Shown piece by piece: positions 59,601 to 64,000 of a DNA stretch of 64,000 bases. How positions within the stretch are numbered: position 1 is the first letter of the stretch; the number at the start of each line of letters is the position of its first letter. The translations under genes and the position numbers were made by a program. Origin of the DNA: Eledone cirrhosa (lineage: Eukaryota); contig OZ024742.1 of the NCBI GenBank assembly GCA_964016885.1, positions 373,426,001-373,490,000 on the forward strand. The letters run 5' to 3'. A model generated the notes under the pieces. The model did not search any database, had not been told where the DNA came from, and saw only the letters and a program-made list of their open reading frames with translations.

Positions 59601-62600
59601 CTCTGATAGTCCCACTAGCCACATACCTCTGACAGTCCCACAAGCTACATACCCCTCATAGTCCCACAAGCCACATACCTCTCATAGTCCAACACGCCAC
59701 ATATTAGTTTGATAGTCCCACAAGCCACATACCTCTGATAGTCCCACAAACCACATACCTCTGATAGTCCCACAAGCCACATATTAGTCTGATAGTCCCA
59801 CAGGTCACATACTTCTGATAGTCCCACAAACCACATATCTCTGATAGTCCCACAAGCCACATATTAATCTGATAGTCCATCAAGCCACATACCTCTGATA
59901 GTCCCACAAGCCACATACCTCTGATAGTCCCACAAGTCACATACCTCTGATAGTCCCACAAGTCACATACCTCTGATAGTCCCACAAGCCACATACCTCT
60001 GATAGTACCACAAGCCACATACCTCTGATTGTCCCACAAGCCACATACCTCTGATAGTCCCACAAGGCACATACCTCTGATAGTCCCACAAGCCACATAT
60101 TAGTCTGATAGTCCCACAAGCCACATACCTCTGATAGTCCCACAAGCCACATATTAGTCTGATAGTCCCACAAGTCACATACCTCTGATTGTCCCACAAG
60201 CCACATATTAGTCTGATAGTCCCACAAGTCCCATACCTCTGATAGTCTTACAAGCCACATATTAGTATGATAGTCCCACAAGCCACATGCCTCTGATAGT
60301 CCGACAAGCCACATATTAGTCTGATAGTCCCACAAGTCACATACCTCTGATAGTCCCACAAGCCACATATTAGTCTGATAGTCCCACAAATCACATACCT
60401 TTGATAGTCCCACAAGCCACATATTAATCTGATAGTCCCACAAGCCACATACCTCTGATAGTCCCACAAGCCACATATTAGTCTGATAGTCCCACAAGCC
60501 AAATACCTCTGATAGTCCCACAAGCCACATACCTCTGATAGTCCCACAAGCCACATACCTCTGATAGTCCCACAAGCCACATACCTCTGATAGTCCCACA
60601 AGTCACATACCTTTGGTAGTCCTACAAGCAACATATTAATCTGATAGTCCCACAAACCACATACCTCTGATAGTCCCACACGCAACATATTAGTCTGATA
60701 GTCCCACAAGCCACATACTTCTGATAGTCCCACAAGCCACATATTAGTCTGATAGTCCCACAAGCCACATACCTCTGATAGTCTCACAAGCCACATATTA
60801 GTCTGATAGTCCCACAAGTCACATACCTCTGATAGTCCCACAAGTCACATACCTCTTATAGTCCCACAAACCACATACTTCTGATAGTCCCACAAGCCAC
60901 ATACCTCTGATAGTCCCACAAGCCACATATTAGTCTGATAGTCCCACAAGCCACATACCTCTGATAGTCCCACAAGCCACATACCTCTGATAGTCCCACA
61001 AGCCACATATTAGTCTGATAGTCCCACAAGTCACATACCTCTGATAGTCCCACAAACCACATATTAGTCTGATAGTTCCACAAGCCACATACCTCTGATA
61101 GTCCCACAAGCCACATATTAGTCTGATAGTCCCACAGGTCACATATCTCTGATAGTCCCACAAGCGACATACCTCTGATAGTCCCACAAGCCACATACCT
61201 CTGATAGTCCCACAAGCCACATACCTCTGATAGTCTCACAAGCCACATACCTCTGATAGTCCCACTAGCCACATACCTCTGATAGTCCCACAAGCTACAT
61301 ACCTCTCATAGTCCAACACGCCACATATTAGTTTGATAGTCCCACAAGCCACATACCTCTGATAGTCCCACAAACCACATAGCTCTGATAGTCCCACAAG
61401 CCGCATATTAGTCTGATAGTCCCACAGGTCACATACCTCTGATAGTCCCACAAACCACATACCTCTGATCGTCCCACAAGTCACATACCTCTGATAGTCC
61501 CATAAGCCACATATTAATCTGATAGTCCCACAAGCCACATACATCTGATAGTCCCACAAGCCACATACCTCTGATAGTCCCACAAACCACATATTAGTCT
61601 GATAGTTCCACAAGCCACATACCTCTGATAGTCCCACAAGCCAGATAATTGTCTGATAGTCCCACAGGTCACATATCTCTGATAGTCCCACAAGCCACAT
61701 ACCTCTGATAGTCCCACAAGCCACATACCTCTGATAGTCACACAAGCCACATATTAGTCTGATAGTCCCACAAGTGACATACCTCTGATAGTCCCACAAA
61801 CCACATATTAGTCTGATAGTTCCACAAGCCACATACCTCTGATAGTCCCACAAGCCACATACCTCTGATAGTCCCACAAGCCACATATTAGTCTGATAGT
61901 CCCACAGGCCACATACCTCTGATAGTCCCACAAGCCACATACCTCTGATAGTCCCACAAGCCACATACCTCTGATAGTCCCACAAGCCACATACCTCTGA
62001 TAGTCCCACAAGCCACATATTAGTCTGATAGTCCCACAAGTGACATACCTCTGATAGTCCCACAAACCACATATTAGTCTGATAGTTCCACAAGCCACGT
62101 ACCTCTGATAGTCCCACAAGCCACATATTAGTCTGATAGTCCCACAGGTCACATATCTCTGATAGTCCCACAAGCCACATACCTCTGATAGTCCCACAAG
62201 CCACATACCTCTGATAGTCCCACAAGCCACATATTAGTCTGATAGTTCCACAGGCCACATACCTCTGATAGTCCCACAAGCCACATATTAGTCTGATAGT
62301 CCCACAAGCCACATACCTCTGATAGTCCCACAAGCCACATATTAGTCTGATAGTCCCACAAGCGACATACCTCTGATAGTCCCACAAGCCACATACCTCT
62401 GATAGTCCCACATGTCACATACCTACGATAGTCCCACAAGCCACATATTAGTCTGATAGTCTTACAAGCCACATACCTCTGATAGTCCCACAAGTCATAT
62501 ACCTCTGATATTCCCACAAGCCACATATTAGTCTGATAGTCCCACAAGCCACATATTAGTCTGATAGTCCCACAAACCACATAGTTCTGATAGTCCCACA

Positions 62601-63930
62601 AGCCACATATAAGTATCATAGTCCCACAAGCCACATACTGCTGATAGTCCCACAAGCCACATATTGGTCTGATAGTCCCACAAGTCACATACCTCTGATA
62701 GTCCCATAAGCCACATATTAATCTGATAGTCCCACAAGCCACATACATCTGATAGTCCCACAAGCCACATACCTCTGATAGTCCCACAAACCACATATTA
62801 GTCTGATAGTTCCACAAGCCACATACCTCTGATAGTCCCACAAGCCAGATAATTGTCTGATAGTCCCACAGGTCACATATCTCTGATAGTCCCACAAGCC
62901 ACATACCTCTGATAGTCCCACAAGCCACATACCTCTGATAGTCCCACAAGCCACATACCTCTGATAGTCTCACAAGCCACATACCTCTGATAGTCCCACT
63001 AGCCACATACCTCTGACAGTCCCACAAGCTACATACCCCTCATAGTCCCACAAGCCACATACCTCTCATAGTCCAACACGCCACATATTAGTTTGATAGT
63101 CCCACAAGCCACATACTTCTGATAGTCCCACAAACCACATACCTCTGATAGTCCCACAAGCCACATATTAGTCTGATAGTCCCACAGGTCACATACTTCT
63201 GATAGTCCCACAAACCACATATCTCTGATAGTCCCACAAGCCACATATTAATCTGATAGTCCATCAAGCCACATACCTCTGATAGTCCCACAAGCCACAT
63301 ACCTCTGATAGTCCCACAAGTCACATACCTCTGATAGTCCCACAAGTCACATACCTCTGATAGTCCCACAAGCCACATACCTCTGATAGTACCACAAGCC
63401 ACATACCTCTGATTGTCCCACAAGCCACATACCTCTGATAGTCCCACAAGGCACATACCTCTGATAGTCCCACAAGCCACATATTAGTCTGATAGTCCCA
63501 CAAGCCACATACCTCTGATAGTCCCACAAGCCACATATTAGTCTGATAGTCCCACAAGTCACATACCTCTGATTGTCCCACAAGCCACATATTAGTCTGA
63601 TAGTCCCACAAGTCCCATACCTCTGATAGTCTTACAAGCCACATATTAGTATGATAGTCCCACAAGCCACATGCCTCTGATAGTCCCACAAGCCACATAT
63701 TAGTCTGATAGTCCCACAAGTCACATACCTCTGATAGTCCCACAAGCCACATATTAGTCTGATAGTCCCACAAATCACATACCTTTGATAGTCCCACAAG
63801 CCACATATTAATCTGATAGTCCCACAAGCCACATACCTCTGATAGTCCCACAAGCCACATATTAGTCTGATAGTCCCACAAGCCAAATACCTCTGATAGT
63901 CCCACAAGCCACATACCTCTGATAGTCCCA
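41270..63930. repeat. 12,778-bp period super-HOR (about 41270-51150 repeated at about 54050-63930), with an internal 3384-bp duplication
   Basis: The offset is a constant 12778 (41426->54204, 45987->58765, 48458->61236, 50543->63321), with shared rare variants (ATAGCTCTGA at 48601/61379 and TGATCGTCCC near 48690/61468). The internal offset is 3384 (45987->49371, 58765->62149). Confidence 0.9.
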
Positions 63931-64000
63931 CAAGCCACATACCTCTGATAGTCCCACAAGCCACATACCTCTGATAGTCCCACAAGTCACATACCTTTGG

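Larger units (their letters stand above)
1..64000. repeat. Tandem satellite array of 26-bp (TCTGATAGTCCCACAAGCCACATACC) and 28-bp (TCTGATAGTCCCACAAGCCACATATTAG) monomers, about 2,400 copies, running off both window edges
   Basis: Every line consists of the 24-bp core plus CC or TTAG (variants TTAA, ATTG, TC, CT) in the same orientation. I saw no non-repeat insert or inversion. Copy number is estimated from a mean monomer length of about 26.6 bp (1544 bp / 58 monomers). Confidence 0.99.

Noticed and set aside
698-63985. Hundreds of minus-strand ORFs (e.g. 48458-49633, 391 aa) of repeating CGLWDYQRYVACGTIR / MWLVGLSEV peptides
   Set aside because: Monomer A has no stop codon in any minus-strand frame and contains ATG, so ORFs overlap in all three frames with the same peptides. 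They end wherever a variant supplies TAA, TGA or TAG. Units of 26 and 28 bp do not preserve frame, and there is no unique domain, so these are artefacts.
1-64000. CRISPR array (a 24-bp conserved repeat is within the CRISPR repeat size range)
   Set aside because: Repeats are separated by only 2-4 near-constant bases, with no unique spacers, no leader and no cas genes.
1-64000. Tandem stop codons TGA-TAG in every plus-strand monomer as a translation-related signal
   Set aside because: There is no upstream coding sequence or plus-strand ORF, so this is an incidental property of the monomer.
1-64000. A/B order as an information-bearing code or diversity-generating cassette store
   Set aside because: The order is adequately explained by nested duplication and deletion. 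No recombinase, reverse transcriptase or expression locus is present in the window.
1-64000. G-quadruplex or i-motif array
   Set aside because: There is only one GGG and two GG runs per 26 nt on the minus strand, with about 23 nt between GGG runs, which does not fit the canonical G3N1-7 pattern.
1-64000. Synthetic sequence or pure assembly/polymerase-slippage artefact
   Set aside because: Hierarchically shared variants plus private substitutions look like natural satellite evolution. Exact HOR copy number still needs read validation.

Overview
The entire 64 kb window is one uninterrupted head-to-tail satellite (minisatellite-type) array in a single orientation, with no unique sequence, credible genes, RNA genes, transposons or CRISPR. 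Every unit has a 24-bp core, TCTGATAGTCCCACAAGCCACATA, followed by either CC (26-bp monomer A, about 70%) or TTAG/TTAA/ATTG (28-bp monomer B, about 30%), giving roughly 2,400 monomers. Diagnostic monomer variants recur in a fixed order and reveal nested higher-order repeats (HORs). There are 54-bp AB dimers, about 1.54/1.65-kb basic HORs (1544 bp = 40 A + 18 B, counted), and larger duplications at 1142, 2240, 3192/3300, 3384, 4790, 6148, 11290, 12778, 20924 and 22412 bp offsets. All listed ORFs are on the minus strand and arise because monomer A has no stop codon on that strand. The array is most likely eukaryotic heterochromatic, centromeric or subtelomeric satellite, but the organism and function cannot be determined from the sequence. 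I found no protein-coding or defence system; the interest lies in the array's architecture and history.
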